A stretch of DNA of 57,902 bases, from contig CADBPL010000018.1 in NCBI GenBank assembly GCA_902796535.1, forward strand, positions 1 through 57,902. The letters are read 5' to 3'. Below are positions 31,466-41,531 of the stretch, one piece after another. Within the stretch, counting starts at the first letter, position 1. Every line of letters starts with the position of its first letter. The stretch comes from Oscillospiraceae bacterium. Its GTDB lineage: Bacteria; Bacillota; Clostridia; Oscillospirales; Acutalibacteraceae. Made by a program: the position numbers and the translations under genes. The notes beneath the pieces are model-generated. The model made no database searches. It worked only from the letters and a program-made list of their open reading frames with translations, and had not been told where the DNA came from.

Positions 31466-33922
31466 TTATAGTATGCTCTCCGGGTTGATATCCGCCGAAA
31501 GGGAAACGTCGCCAAATTCTGTCTCTTTGCCGAAATCCACCAGCAGTTCGCCGATCAATTCACGAAAGCGCAGGGTATTCTTGCCCTTGATGATCATGCG
31601 GTAGCGGTGGCGGTTGTTGATTTTTGCCACGCGCGGCTGCAGCGGACCCAGCACAATGAATTTCAGTTCCGGATACTTTTCCTGCGACAGCGCTTTGAAT
31701 TTTTGCAAAAAGAGTCTGGCGGCAACCCGCACTTTGTTTTCATCTTCGCCGGAAAAGCCGATGACGAACAGATCGCAGAACGGCGGATAGGTCATCAGCT
31801 TGCGCAAACCGATCTCCATTTGGTAGAAGCTTTCATAATCCTGTTTGGCGGCAAGCCGGATGATCTCGTTTTCCGGCGTCAGGGTCTGGATCAGCGCCAG
31901 CCCCGGGTTTTTGCCCCGTCCGGCCCGGCCGACCACCTGCGTAAGCAGCGAAAAGGTGCGTTCGAGCGAACGGTAATCATCGTTGTATAATTCCTGATCA
32001 GCGCTGATTACGCCGACCAGCGTGACGTTTTCAAAGTCGATCCCCTTGGCGACCATTTGAGTGCCGAGCAGAATGTCGTATTCCCCCGCTTCAAACTGCG
32101 TCAAGGCTTTTTCGTGGGCGTTTTTGCGCATGGTCGTGTCCTGATCCATCCGCAGAATGTGCGCGTTCGGGAACAGCTGCGTCAGTTCGTCCTCGATCAT
32201 CTGCGTGCCGAAACCGGCATAGCGCAGCTTATTCTGACCGCAGGAGGGGCAGGAATCGGCCAGTGGCTGCGAATAGCCGCAATAGTGGCACATCAGCCGC
32301 CCGTTTGCGTGGTGATAGGTCAGCGAAATGCTGCAGTGCGGGCAGGTGACCACCTTGCCGCAGGCCGTGCAGGAGGCAAAGGTGTTGTAGCCGCGGCGGT
32401 TGATGAGCAGGATCGCCTGTTTGCCATTCTCCAGCGTTTCATGGAGCGATGCGATCAGCTTGCCGCTGAGCGCGCTTCGGTTGCCGCCTGCGCGTTCCTC
32501 GCGCAGATCGACCGTGACCACTTGGGGCAGCACGGCGCCGGCGTAGCGCCTGCGCAGAACGTTGAATGTGTAAATGCCCTGTTTCGCCCGCGCAAAGCTT
32601 TCCAGACTCGGCGTGGCCGAACCCAGCACCAACAGCGCCCGGTTTTCTTCACAGCGGAACCGCGCCACCTCTTTGGCGTGATAGCGCGGCGTCATTTCGG
32701 ATTTATACGTGTGCTCCTGCTCCTCATCCATCACGATAAGGCCGAGATTCTGCACGGGCGCAAAAACGGCGGAACGCGTTCCGATCACGATCATTGCTTC
32801 GCCGCGCTTGACGCGCTTCCACTCATCCAGCCGTTCGCCGAGCGACAACGCGGAGTGGAACACCGCGATCCGGTCGCCGAAATGGCTGCGAAAGCGCTGC
32901 ACGATCTGCGGCGTCAGAGCAATTTCCGGCACCATCATGATGGCGCCGCGGCCGTTTGCGAGCATGTGCTGCATGAGCCTGATGTAAACCTGTGTTTTGC
33001 CGCTGCCGGTGATGCCGTAAAGCAGCGAAACCCGTTTTTCACCCTCGGCGAACTGGGCGGCAAGGTTGTTAAAAGCCTGCTGTTGCTCCTGAGTGAGCGT
33101 AATCTGCGGCGGCCTGACCGGTGCCTTGCCGGCCAGAGGCTGGCGGTACACTTCCGCGTCGTATATTTCCACAAGCCCGCGCTTGGTCAGGGTGGAAACG
33201 ACGGCGGCGGTCACGCCCGTGAAATAGCAAAGCTCCTTCACGCTTGCGCTCCCCGTTTCGCGCAGCAGGTCGCATACGGCGGTCTGCTTTTTGGTCAAAG
33301 ACGGGGCGACCCGTTCATATTCCGTTTCATCCACGCACAGCCGAACGCTTTTCTGCGTCAGATCGCCCAGACGGCGGATGGTGTCAACATTGCGCAGCAG
33401 CGCGCCTTTTTTGTAGAGCCGTTCTAAAATATCGCTGTCCGACTTGAAGCCGAAGGCTTTGAGCAGATTGTCGCGCGCGGTGAATTTGCAGGATTTCAGC
33501 AGCGAAAGATAAATTTCCTTTTCATCGCCGTGCAGAGAATCCTCGTCAAATTCGGGGTTTGCGCTGTAAAACGGGGTGAGCCTGAGGTTGTAGCCGGTCG
33601 GCAGAATGCAGCGGAACGCCTCAAAATAGGTGCAGAACGTGCGGTTTTTCAGCCACGGGATCAGCTTGATCAGATCGCCTTCCACAGGCGGCTTTTCATC
33701 GAGCAGAGCTGCGATTTTTTTTAGCTTTTTTCCGCTTTCGGTCGGCTTGACAAGCAAAATCACACCCTGCCGCCTGGCGTTCCCGTTGCCGAACGGCACC
33801 AGCACCCGAACGCCGGGGCGTGCGCCGTCCCGCATTTCCTCCGGCACGGCGTAATCATAGAGCTTGTCGAAGTGGTAAGCGGTGTTTTCCAGCGCAACGC
33901 CGGCAGTCAGTGCGTGCAGCAT
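31466..33922 (-). CDS. priA: Primosomal protein N' (replication restart helicase).
   Basis: 818 aa. Walker A GITGSGKT and DEEQE. Cys-rich zinc region CTACGKVVTCPHCSISLTYHHANGRLMCHYCGYSQPLADSCPSCG. Confidence 0.93.
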   Translation of the reverse strand: MLHALTAGVALENTAYHFDKLYDYAVPEEMRDGARPGVRVLVPFGNGNARRQGVILLVKPTESGKKLKKIAALLDEKPPVEGDLIKLIPWLKNRTFCTYFEAFRCILPTGYNLRLTPFYSANPEFDEDSLHGDEKEIYLSLLKSCKFTARDNLLKAFGFKSDSDILERLYKKGALLRNVDTIRRLGDLTQKSVRLCVDETEYERVAPSLTKKQTAVCDLLRETGSASVKELCYFTGVTAAVVSTLTKRGLVEIYDAEVYRQPLAGKAPVRPPQITLTQEQQQAFNNLAAQFAEGEKRVSLLYGITGSGKTQVYIRLMQHMLANGRGAIMMVPEIALTPQIVQRFRSHFGDRIAVFHSALSLGERLDEWKRVKRGEAMIVIGTRSAVFAPVQNLGLIVMDEEQEHTYKSEMTPRYHAKEVARFRCEENRALLVLGSATPSLESFARAKQGIYTFNVLRRRYAGAVLPQVVTVDLREERAGGNRSALSGKLIASLHETLENGKQAILLINRRGYNTFASCTACGKVVTCPHCSISLTYHHANGRLMCHYCGYSQPLADSCPSCGQNKLRYAGFGTQMIEDELTQLFPNAHILRMDQDTTMRKNAHEKALTQFEAGEYDILLGTQMVAKGIDFENVTLVGVISADQELYNDDYRSLERTFSLLTQVVGRAGRGKNPGLALIQTLTPENEIIRLAAKQDYESFYQMEIGLRKLMTYPPFCDLFVIGFSGEDENKVRVAARLFLQKFKALSQEKYPELKFIVLGPLQPRVAKINNRHRYRMIIKGKNTLRFRELIGELLVDFGKETEFGDVSLSADINPESIL

Positions 33923-34158
33923 CAGATGTTGCGGATCTCTTCCGGCTCAACCAGCACATAGTCGCCGTTGACAAAATCGTTGAGCGCCAGACTGACCGGC
34001 TTTTCGATGAGGATATCACCGTTTTCATCTGCCTTTTCGGAAATTTCTCTGGCTCGTTTCGCCGTGGCGATCACGAGAGAATAGCGGCTGATATGATCCT
34101 TGAGGATGCCGCTGAGGTCGGGGTTGAATTTCATTTCGCTTTTCTTATTGTCAGACAT
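33922..34158 (-). CDS. rpoZ: DNA-directed RNA polymerase subunit omega.
   Basis: 78 aa with SRYSLVIATAKRAREI. It sits between gmk and priA, as in other Firmicutes. Confidence 0.85.
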   Translation of the reverse strand: MSDNKKSEMKFNPDLSGILKDHISRYSLVIATAKRAREISEKADENGDILIEKPVSLALNDFVNGDYVLVEPEEIRNI

Positions 34159-34159
34159 T

Positions 34160-34738
34160 TCAAATATGCTCCCTTTCTGAGATAATCAATTGATATACTT
34201 CTTCACTTGCGCGGGTCAGGTCATCGTTGACCACGCAGTGTTTGAATTCGCTGCTTTTGGCAATTTCCCCCGGCGCAAGGGCGATGCGCCGTGCGATGGT
34301 CTCTTCCGAATCGGTGTTGCGCAGCCGCAGCCGCCGCTCCAGTTCTTCGAGCGAGGGCGGCAGGATAAAGATGCTCAGCGCTTCCGGATAGGCCCGAACG
34401 ACCTTGGACGCACCCTGCACCTCGATTTCAAGAATGACGATTTTGCCCTGCGCCAGCCACGCTTCCACCGGATCCTTCGGGGTGCCGTAATAGTTGCCGC
34501 TGTATTCGGCAAACTCGATCAGCCGGCCGGCGGCGATCTTTTGCTCAAATTCCTCTCGCGTGACGAAATAGTAATCCACACCGTTTTGCTCGCCGCTGCG
34601 CGGGGCGCGGGTGGTCATGGAACGGGAAAGAACAAAATCCTCACAGTTCTTGTTTTGAAAGATCGTTTGAAGAATCGTGTCTTTTCCGCAGCCGGACGGA
34701 GCCGAAAAGACGACGAGCAGGCCTTTTTTGTCATTCAA
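34160..34738 (-). CDS. gmk: Guanylate kinase.
   Basis: P-loop [11 protein letters not shown] and YYFV...F. Both candidate starts are TTG. I prefer 34738 ([10 protein letters not shown]), which lies 9 nt after GGAGG. The track ORF extends to 34762. Confidence 0.9.
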   Translation of the reverse strand: MNDKKGLLVVFSAPSGCGKDTILQTIFQNKNCEDFVLSRSMTTRAPRSGEQNGVDYYFVTREEFEQKIAAGRLIEFAEYSGNYYGTPKDPVEAWLAQGKIVILEIEVQGASKVVRAYPEALSIFILPPSLEELERRLRLRNTDSEETIARRIALAPGEIAKSSEFKHCVVNDDLTRASEEVYQLIISEREHI

Positions 34739-35006
34739 CGTCCTCTTCCTCCTCGTCCTCAACGCCGTCCGCCGTGTCGTTCAGGCGGTTGGCCACGGTT
34801 TCGGATTGAAGATAGGTCAGGATCACATGATCGCTGTCGGTGATCAGCACCGCGCGGGTTCGCCTGCCGTGGGTGGCGTCGATCAGCATTCCTTTTTCTT
34901 TGCTGTCCTGAATAATGCGCTTGATCGGAGCGGATTCGGGGCTGACGATGGCGACGAGACGACCGGCGTTGATCAGATTGCCGAAGCCGATGTTGATGAG
35001 TTTCAC
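34731..35006 (-). CDS. remA: Extracellular matrix/biofilm regulator RemA (DUF370).
   Basis: GTG start at 35006 behind GGGGAGGG. The product is [64 protein letters not shown], with an acidic tail. The longer track ORF (to 35135) overlaps yicC. Confidence 0.85.
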   Translation of the reverse strand: MKLINIGFGNLINAGRLVAIVSPESAPIKRIIQDSKEKGMLIDATHGRRTRAVLITDSDHVILTYLQSETVANRLNDTADGVEDEEEEDVE

Positions 35007-35022
35007 TGCTGCGCGCCCTCCC

Positions 35023-35904
35023 CTATTCGATGTTCTGGATCTGCTCGCGGATCTTTTCCACTTCCGCTTTGATGTTGAGCACCCGCTTGGTGATGTCAAC
35101 ATTCTGGCACTTTGACCCGATCGTGTTGGCTTCACGGTTCATTTCCTGCGCCAGAAAATCAAGCCTGCGGCCGACCGGCTCGCTGCTGTCGAGCATTTGG
35201 TGGAGCTGGTCGATGTGGCTGCGCAGCCGCACGGTTTCTTCGGCAACAGCGACCTTATCGGCAAAAATCGCCGCTTCGGTCAGCAGCCGCTGTTCATCCA
35301 CATGAATATCGCCCAGCAGGGCCTTCATGCGCTCCAACAGCTTGTCGTTGTATTCCTTTACCGTTTCGGGCGAACGCTTTTCGATGTAGGCAACGTCTTC
35401 CAGTATGACTTGCGCGCGCGCAAGTACGTCGTCCTGCAGGCGCTGCCCTTCGGCCTCGCGCATGGCAATGAAAATGTCCGCCGCCTCCTGCGCCACCTGA
35501 GAAACGGCCGCCCAGACGGCGTCTTCATCAGCGGCGTTTTTGCGTACCACAAAAATATCGCTGCTGCAGCGCGCCAGCGCGGCGACCGAAAAATCGGCGC
35601 TCAGGCCGTAGCGCTCGGCCAGTTCTTTCAGCGCGGCATAGTAGCCGCCTGCAAGGGAATGGTTCACTTCCACCACACAGTCGTCGCTGTCAAGCGCGCT
35701 GATGGTGATAAAGCATTCCACCTTGCCGCGTGTGATCACGCTTTGAAAAAGGGTTTTCAGTTTATCGTCCAAAAAGCCGTAGGTGCGGGGCGTTTTGGCC
35801 GAGAATTCAAAGCCGCGGTGGTTGACGCTCTTGAGTTCAACGGTGATGTTCATGCCGTCAAGCTCTTTTTGCGCGCGGCCAAAGCCTGTCATACTTCTGA
35901 CCAT
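35023..35904 (-). CDS. yicC: YicC-family stress-induced protein (endoribonuclease YloC-like).
   Basis: Start ATG at 35904 behind [18 protein letters not shown] plus the C-terminal DUF1732-like [13 protein letters not shown]. Confidence 0.85.
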   Translation of the reverse strand: MVRSMTGFGRAQKELDGMNITVELKSVNHRGFEFSAKTPRTYGFLDDKLKTLFQSVITRGKVECFITISALDSDDCVVEVNHSLAGGYYAALKELAERYGLSADFSVAALARCSSDIFVVRKNAADEDAVWAAVSQVAQEAADIFIAMREAEGQRLQDDVLARAQVILEDVAYIEKRSPETVKEYNDKLLERMKALLGDIHVDEQRLLTEAAIFADKVAVAEETVRLRSHIDQLHQMLDSSEPVGRRLDFLAQEMNREANTIGSKCQNVDITKRVLNIKAEVEKIREQIQNIE

Positions 35905-35997
35905 TTTGTCAGCTCCTTTATTCTCAATCATTCTGTCTTGACCAGCGTATCAGGTTTCGCTCATATTTGTCAAGAAAATGACATTATTTACTATATG

Positions 35998-36318
35998 CTA
36001 TTGTTTGCAGCACGTTCCTGTGAGCAGAAACGGGATCTCGCCTGTCAGCTTGTCCCCTTCTTTTTGAAAACCGAGGGCGGCGGCAACATGGCAAAAGGCG
36101 GCCGGTTCATAAACAGCGGTGTAAGCGCTGCGGTTTGCCGCCGCGTTGAGCGCGCTGCGGATGAGCCCTTCGGCGGTTTCGTCGTTGTCGGCCTCGATCT
36201 GCTTCACGGCGCAGGCGGTTTGATGATAAGTGAGCGTGATGTGGCCGGTGACTTTGCCGTTTTCAACGGATGTGTATTCAACGGTCTCGCCCTGGATTTT
36301 CGGTTTAAACTCGATCAT
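35998..36318 (-). CDS. Small hypothetical protein (106 aa).
   Basis: Start ATG at 36318 behind a strong GGAAAGGAAC. It overlaps the rluB stop by 14 nt. The product is MIEFKPKIQGETVEY...ALGFQKEGDKLTGEIPFLLTGTCCKQ. I recognise no family. Confidence 0.5.
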   Translation of the reverse strand: MIEFKPKIQGETVEYTSVENGKVTGHITLTYHQTACAVKQIEADNDETAEGLIRSALNAAANRSAYTAVYEPAAFCHVAAALGFQKEGDKLTGEIPFLLTGTCCKQ

Positions 36319-37054
36319 GCTTCGTGTTCCTTTCCGCGGCAAGCATCAGCTTGCGCACTTCGTCGCTTGTCAGATCGCGCCATTTGCCCTGCGGCAGCAT
36401 ACCGAGCTTGACCGAGCCGACGGCGGTGCGTTTCAGGCGCGCCACCTCGATGCCGAGCGCTTCAAACATGCGGCGGATCTGGCGGTTGCGCCCTTCATGG
36501 AGCGTCACCTCCACGACCGTTCTGCCCTCCTGCTTTTCCAAAACGCGGATGTCAGCCGGAGCGGTTTTACGCCCGTCGAGCTCAATGCCGCCGTTGAAAG
36601 CAGCGAGCTGCTCGTCGGTAATGCCGGGGCGGATGGTGACCCGGTAATACTTCGGCACATGGCGCGTCGGATGCGTCATGGCGTTGGAAAAGGCGCCGTC
36701 GTTCGTCATGAGCAGCAGCCCTTCCGATTCCCGGTCGAGCCGGCCGACCGGATACAGCCGCACGCCGACGTCCTGCACCAGCTCGGCAACGCAGCGCCGC
36801 CCCTGTTCATCCTGCATGGTGGTGATGTAGCCGCGCGGCTTGTGCAGCATGATATAGCGCAGCGTCTGCTGTGCGGCGATTTTGCGCCCCTGTACGGAAA
36901 CGCGGTCGTGTTTGGGGTCGATCTTATCACCGACAACAGCCTTTTTGCCGTTGACCGTGACCAGACCGTTTGCGATCATCTCTTCACATTTTCTGCGGGA
37001 AGCGATGCCGTTATCCGCCAAATATTTATGCAATCTTACTTTTTCGTCCGGCAT
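36305..37054 (-). CDS. rluB: rRNA pseudouridine synthase (RsuA/RluB family) with an S4 domain.
   Basis: 249 aa. S4 domain VRLHKYLADNGIASRRKCEEMI and catalytic GRLDRESEGLLLMTNDG. Confidence 0.85.
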   Translation of the reverse strand: MPDEKVRLHKYLADNGIASRRKCEEMIANGLVTVNGKKAVVGDKIDPKHDRVSVQGRKIAAQQTLRYIMLHKPRGYITTMQDEQGRRCVAELVQDVGVRLYPVGRLDRESEGLLLMTNDGAFSNAMTHPTRHVPKYYRVTIRPGITDEQLAAFNGGIELDGRKTAPADIRVLEKQEGRTVVEVTLHEGRNRQIRRMFEALGIEVARLKRTAVGSVKLGMLPQGKWRDLTSDEVRKLMLAAERNTKHDRV

Positions 37055-38195
37055 ATCGTTTTCCTTTTATTCTCTGAATTTGATTCTGCCAAAAGCGGGT
37101 CATTCGGCTGAACAAACCGCTTCTTTTCACTTCTTCTGTGTTGGACGGGATCTCTTCCTGCGCCAGCAGCGCCGTGCCTGCCACGCAGCGGCCGTTCCGG
37201 TAAACAGCCGCCCGGCCGAGCACCTGCCCTTTATGAACCGGCGCGAAGCAGTAAGGCGGTGCGAAAACGCGCACCTGAACCTGTGCCTGATCGGCGCAAA
37301 CGGTCAAATACAGATCGTCCGCCGGGCGCACGGTCACGCTTGCTTGCGCCGCGCCGAACACGGCAACGGATGCACAGGCGGACGGGAGCTTCCGGCGATG
37401 CACCAGAGAGAACCCGTAATCATACAGCTTTTCGTGATCCGCCCAGTCGTTCGGATCATTCAGCGTTGCGCACACGAGCAGAATGCCGCCGCGCTCCACC
37501 GCCGAAACCAAACAGCGGCCGCTTTTTTTGGTGTAGCCGGTTTTGACGCCGCATGCGCCGTGCAGCGTTCGCAGCAGGCGGTTGTGGTTCGTGTAGGTGC
37601 GTGTGTGCGTCTCGTTGTCGAAATGAACCGTTGCTTTTTGCGACGCGCAGATTTGGGCAAACAGCGGGTCCCGCATGGCGTAACAGCCGAGCAGCGCCAT
37701 ATCGTAGGCGGTGGAATAATGATCGTCGTCGTCCAGACCGGAGGGGGTGACAAAATGCGTGTTCGTCATACCGATCTGCGCCGCCTTACGGTTCATCAGC
37801 GCGGTGAAGGCTCCGACAGAACCGGCAACTGACACGGCCGCCGCGTTGGCAGCGTCGTTGCCCGAGGGCAGCAGCATACCGATGACGAGATCGTGCAAGC
37901 TCACCCGATCGCCCGCGCGCAGCCCCATGGAAGTGCCTTCCACGCGCACCATGTCGTGCGTTGCCGTCACCGTTTGTTCGGGCGCGGCCCGTTCAAGGGT
38001 GAGCAGCGCCGTCATGATCTTGGTTGTGCTGGCCATGCCAAGGCGCTCGTGTTCGTTTTTGGCAAACAACACCTCGCCCGTATCCGCCGCCATCAGCACG
38101 GCGCCGCGCGCAAAAACCGCGGGCTTTTCCTGCGCAAACGCGCAAAAACCAAGCACAGCCAGTAAGCCCGCTGTACAGACGATTCTTTTCAGCAT
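37026..38195 (-). CDS. dacB: D-alanyl-D-alanine carboxypeptidase (S11, PBP5-type; probably sporulation-associated).
   Basis: 389 aa with a signal peptide. Motifs SxxK ASTTKIMT, SxN PSGND and KTG GVKTGYT. The genomic context (scpAB, rluB) resembles B. subtilis dacB. Confidence 0.8.
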   Translation of the reverse strand: MLKRIVCTAGLLAVLGFCAFAQEKPAVFARGAVLMAADTGEVLFAKNEHERLGMASTTKIMTALLTLERAAPEQTVTATHDMVRVEGTSMGLRAGDRVSLHDLVIGMLLPSGNDAANAAAVSVAGSVGAFTALMNRKAAQIGMTNTHFVTPSGLDDDDHYSTAYDMALLGCYAMRDPLFAQICASQKATVHFDNETHTRTYTNHNRLLRTLHGACGVKTGYTKKSGRCLVSAVERGGILLVCATLNDPNDWADHEKLYDYGFSLVHRRKLPSACASVAVFGAAQASVTVRPADDLYLTVCADQAQVQVRVFAPPYCFAPVHKGQVLGRAAVYRNGRCVAGTALLAQEEIPSNTEEVKRSGLFSRMTRFWQNQIQRIKGKRYAGRKSKIA

Positions 38196-38250
38196 CCGTA
38201 TGCACCTGCCAAATATAATGTAATAAAATATATGCAGGCGCTTTTACGTC

Positions 38251-38652
38251 TTATTCGCCGATCACTTCGGCAGAAGCGCTGTCTTCCTTTTTCTTGCTGA
38301 TCAGGCCGTTGATGGTGTCGACCATTTCGGGAATCAGGCTGACCAGTCTTTCGGGTGTGCCGTCGGCCGCGGGAACGGACTTCACAGTGACCGTATCCTT
38401 ATTGATCACAACAAACGCAACGGGCGTGATGGTGATGCCCGCGCCGCCGCCGCCGCCGAAAATGTCGGCGTTGGATTTGGACGGGAAATCGGAGCCGCCG
38501 GAGGCAAAGCCGTAGGTCACCTTCGACACCGGAATGACGGTGATGCCGTCAGCGGCGTAAACAGGTTCACCGACGATGGTGCTCACGTCGACGAGGTCGC
38601 GGATCTTTTCAATTGCGGTTGCGAGGATCCCGGATGCAGATTGTTCTTTCAT
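38251..38652 (-). CDS. ytfJ: Sporulation protein YtfJ (GerW family).
   Basis: 133 aa. IVGEPVYAADGITVIPVSKVTYGFASGGSDF plus a glycine run GGGGGAGITITPVAF. Confidence 0.8.
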   Translation of the reverse strand: MKEQSASGILATAIEKIRDLVDVSTIVGEPVYAADGITVIPVSKVTYGFASGGSDFPSKSNADIFGGGGGAGITITPVAFVVINKDTVTVKSVPAADGTPERLVSLIPEMVDTINGLISKKKEDSASAEVIGE

Positions 38653-39356
38653 GATTTATGTTCCTCCTTAGAATTGTTGACAGGTTGATTGGTTTGCTGT
38701 TTCGGCGCTTTAATGCCCTTCATGAATTTAAGAACGACCTTGAAGAACAGTTTGACGCCTGCCACAAGCAGGGCGTTTATGTAAAAAATGGGCCGAACGG
38801 AAAAAACAACGAGCACAACGGCCGATTTTTCACCCTTGATAAAGTCCGGTCTGACCGCGCAGTCATATTCTTTGACGTGGCAGGTGTTGGTGATCAGACC
38901 CATAACCGGAAAGACGGCGGCGCAGGTTTTGCCGTAAAGCATCGAGGTGGCTGCGGGGTCGTCCCCGGCGCTGACGGTGATATAGAGCTTTAATTTGCTG
39001 AAAACAAAATGCCTGAGCATGGAAGAGGTCATGCGGCCCAGAATGCGTTTGGTGCTGCCAAGCAGCTCCATCACGCCGTCGAAGCCCTGATTCTTGTAAA
39101 AGGTCACGAATATGTTCTCTTTTTTCGGCTTCGGTTCCTGCGGCTTCTCCGGCGGCTTTTCTTCCTCCGGTTTTTCTTCCTTAGGCTTTTTTTCTTTTTT
39201 GGGGCGCTGTTTCAGCGGAAAAATCTGAATTTTGATGAACAGCCAGCGAACGTCTAATGTCAGCTGCTCGTTATAATCAAAACTCACCGAGACCCGCACG
39301 GACAGCACCGCTATGAAAAACAGAATGATGCCGAGAATGATGTACAGCGCGATCAA
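38649..39356 (-). CDS. DUF2953-family membrane protein (YtfI-like, sporulation-associated).
   Basis: 235 aa. N-terminal TM segment, a Lys/Glu/Pro-rich linker (KKEKKPKEEKPEEEKPPEKPQEPKPKKE), and a 4-nt overlap with ytfJ. Confidence 0.6.
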   Translation of the reverse strand: MIALYIILGIILFFIAVLSVRVSVSFDYNEQLTLDVRWLFIKIQIFPLKQRPKKEKKPKEEKPEEEKPPEKPQEPKPKKENIFVTFYKNQGFDGVMELLGSTKRILGRMTSSMLRHFVFSKLKLYITVSAGDDPAATSMLYGKTCAAVFPVMGLITNTCHVKEYDCAVRPDFIKGEKSAVVLVVFSVRPIFYINALLVAGVKLFFKVVLKFMKGIKAPKQQTNQPVNNSKEEHKS

Positions 39357-39380
39357 GCCGTTTCCCCTCCTTTGGCGTAA

Positions 39381-40043
39381 TTATGAGAAAGCCTCCTGAA
39401 ACACTGTGTCCTCCGCTTCGGAAATGCGTTCGTCTTCATCCGGCAGAACAACGGTTTCCAGCTTGTTGGCGTTTTTCTTCTCCAGCCGGTTCTGTTCGTT
39501 GGCGGCAATGGTTTCCTTGAGCTTGTCGTCGCTCTTTTCGGGCAGCGGCGGCAGCTCGTCCAGATCCGACACGCAGAAGCACCGCAAAAAATGCGGGGTC
39601 GTTCCGTAGATCAGCGGCCGGCCGGGCAACTCCAGCCTGCCCTTTTCTTCGATCAGGCCGCGCTGGCAGAGGGTGGAAATTACACCCGAGCAATCCACGC
39701 CGCGCACCTGCTCCACAAACGATTTGGTGACGGGCTGATTATAGGCAATGACGGCGAGCACCTCAAAAGCCGCGGTGGAAAGAGGCGTGTTGCGCTTGAG
39801 GTCGAGAATATCGCGGATGAGCGGCGCAAACTGTGAGCGTGAGCACATCTGGTACTGATCGCCCAGCTTGAGCAGGCAAAGCCCGCTCTTGGTTTCATCC
39901 AGCCGGTTGGATAAATTGAGCAGCAGGCTTTCGGCCTGCTCCGTGTCGCATTCCAGCACCTCGGCGATGCGCGACAATTCCAGCGGTTCGCCGGAGGCAA
40001 ACAGCATGGCCTCAACGGCGGCGGTCATATCGTTTGCATTCAT
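39381..40043 (-). CDS. scpB: Segregation and condensation protein B.
   Basis: 220 aa with AAVEAMLFASGEPL and two wHTH halves. It overlaps scpA by 4 nt. Confidence 0.9.
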   Translation of the reverse strand: MNANDMTAAVEAMLFASGEPLELSRIAEVLECDTEQAESLLLNLSNRLDETKSGLCLLKLGDQYQMCSRSQFAPLIRDILDLKRNTPLSTAAFEVLAVIAYNQPVTKSFVEQVRGVDCSGVISTLCQRGLIEEKGRLELPGRPLIYGTTPHFLRCFCVSDLDELPPLPEKSDDKLKETIAANEQNRLEKKNANKLETVVLPDEDERISEAEDTVFQEAFS

Positions 40044-40756
40044 TCGTTATCCCCCTCTGCGATCAGTTCCACCGTGGCGGTATCCTTCTCCCCGTCAATA
40101 TAGATCTGTTTGGATTTGACAAGCGAAAGCAGCGCCAGAAACGTTGCCACCATTTCCGACCGGGAAACGCTCGCCATGAAGAATTCGGAAAAGCCGCGCT
40201 TTTGCCCGATGGTGAGCGAGTGGAGGATGGCGCTTACGCGCGAACCGACCGACACGATGCGGGACGCAACGATCTTGGTGAACGCCTCCACGGGCGGCGG
40301 CAGCTTACGCCCGCCCTTACCAATGGCGGATACGTAGGCCTTGAGCAGCTCTTCCGGCGCGTGAACGCGTGTGTAGGTCATGTCCGCCTCGATTTTTTCG
40401 GGCGGGGTGGGCAGCAGATCGAATCCGTTGGCGATTTTGGACAGCTTGCCGGCCATGAGCTGGCAGTCGGCATATTCGCTCAGTTCGCCGCGCAGCTCGT
40501 CCTGCAGCTTTTCGCCTTCGTCATAGACCGGCAGGAGCGAAACGGTTTTGATATAGACCAGACGCGCCGCCATTTCCAGAAACTCACTGGCGATGTCCAT
40601 GTTTTCCAGCTGCATTTGGCGAATGTATTCAATATACTGATCGATCAGCTCCGTGATCACCACATCGTTGATGCTGACCTTGTGTTTGCTGATCAGGTGC
40701 AGCAGCAGATCGAGCGGCCCCTCAAACACTTCGGTTTTATATTGAATCGCTTCCAA
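40040..40756 (-). CDS. scpA: Segregation and condensation protein A (kleisin).
   Basis: 238 aa with FEGPLDLLLHLI at the N-terminus. Confidence 0.9.
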   Translation of the reverse strand: MEAIQYKTEVFEGPLDLLLHLISKHKVSINDVVITELIDQYIEYIRQMQLENMDIASEFLEMAARLVYIKTVSLLPVYDEGEKLQDELRGELSEYADCQLMAGKLSKIANGFDLLPTPPEKIEADMTYTRVHAPEELLKAYVSAIGKGGRKLPPPVEAFTKIVASRIVSVGSRVSAILHSLTIGQKRGFSEFFMASVSRSEMVATFLALLSLVKSKQIYIDGEKDTATVELIAEGDNE

Positions 40757-40769
40757 AGCTTTTACTCCC

Positions 40770-41531
40770 TTACATTCCCTTGATCAGTTTAAACGGAAGA
40801 CTGACCAGTGCGTCCAGCCCGCCGATCACGCCCTGCTGCAGCAGCCCGAGCGGCGTGTTGAGCGCGCCCGTGAGGATGAGGACGAACAGCCCGATCATGA
40901 TATAGCGTTCGTATTTCATCAGCTTATAGTAGATGCTGTCCGGCAGAATCACGTTGAGGATGCGAGACCCGTCCAGCGGCGGAATCGGCAAAAAGTTGAA
41001 CAGCGCCAGCGCCACATTGACGGCGGCGCAATAATAGAAGAAATAGTATAAAACCGCAGTAAAAGTGGACACGGGGATCAGGTAGTTGATCATGTTTTTG
41101 AAAAACAGCGAAAGGATCGCCATGATCAGGTTGGACGCGGGGCCCGCCAGCGCCACCAAAGCCATGCAGCGCTTGGCATAGCTGGAATCATACGTCATAT
41201 CGGCGCCCATATAATAAACGTTGCCCGCGCTGTTATCTTTTCTTTTCCGGCGGAAATTGCGCATATTCACCGGCACGGGCTTGGCGTAGCCGAAGCCGAC
41301 CAGAAAGATCATCAGCGCGCCGATGGGGTCGATGTGCGCCATGGGGGCAATGGTCATGCGCCCCTTCAGCCGGGCGGTGTCGTCGCCTAACTTATGGGCA
41401 ATGAGCGCGTGGGCATATTCATGGATGGGCAGCACACAAAAAATAACAAACACTCTTGCGCAAGCGTTCATCAGCAGCTGGATCCTCTCAGCGCTGTCCA
41501 TACTGCCCATACGGAACAAATCAAATAACAT
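40770..41531 (-). CDS. Site-2 protease-family (M50) membrane metalloprotease.
   Basis: The track ORF extends to 41747, but that part overlaps prmC. The preferred start is the ATG at 41531 (MLFDLF...). Motif HEYAHAL (HExxH) and multiple TM segments. Confidence 0.75.
   Translation of the reverse strand: MLFDLFRMGSMDSAERIQLLMNACARVFVIFCVLPIHEYAHALIAHKLGDDTARLKGRMTIAPMAHIDPIGALMIFLVGFGYAKPVPVNMRNFRRKRKDNSAGNVYYMGADMTYDSSYAKRCMALVALAGPASNLIMAILSLFFKNMINYLIPVSTFTAVLYYFFYYCAAVNVALALFNFLPIPPLDGSRILNVILPDSIYYKLMKYERYIMIGLFVLILTGALNTPLGLLQQGVIGGLDALVSLPFKLIKGM

Noticed and set aside
29299-34158. Absence of coaBC between rpoZ and priA, and presence of a YugP-like peptidase between fmt and rsmB, as a possible rearrangement of interest.
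   Set aside because: To my knowledge this gene order is a common clostridial variant of the conserved yloC-to-rsgA cluster. There are no sequence scars or compositional breaks at the junctions.
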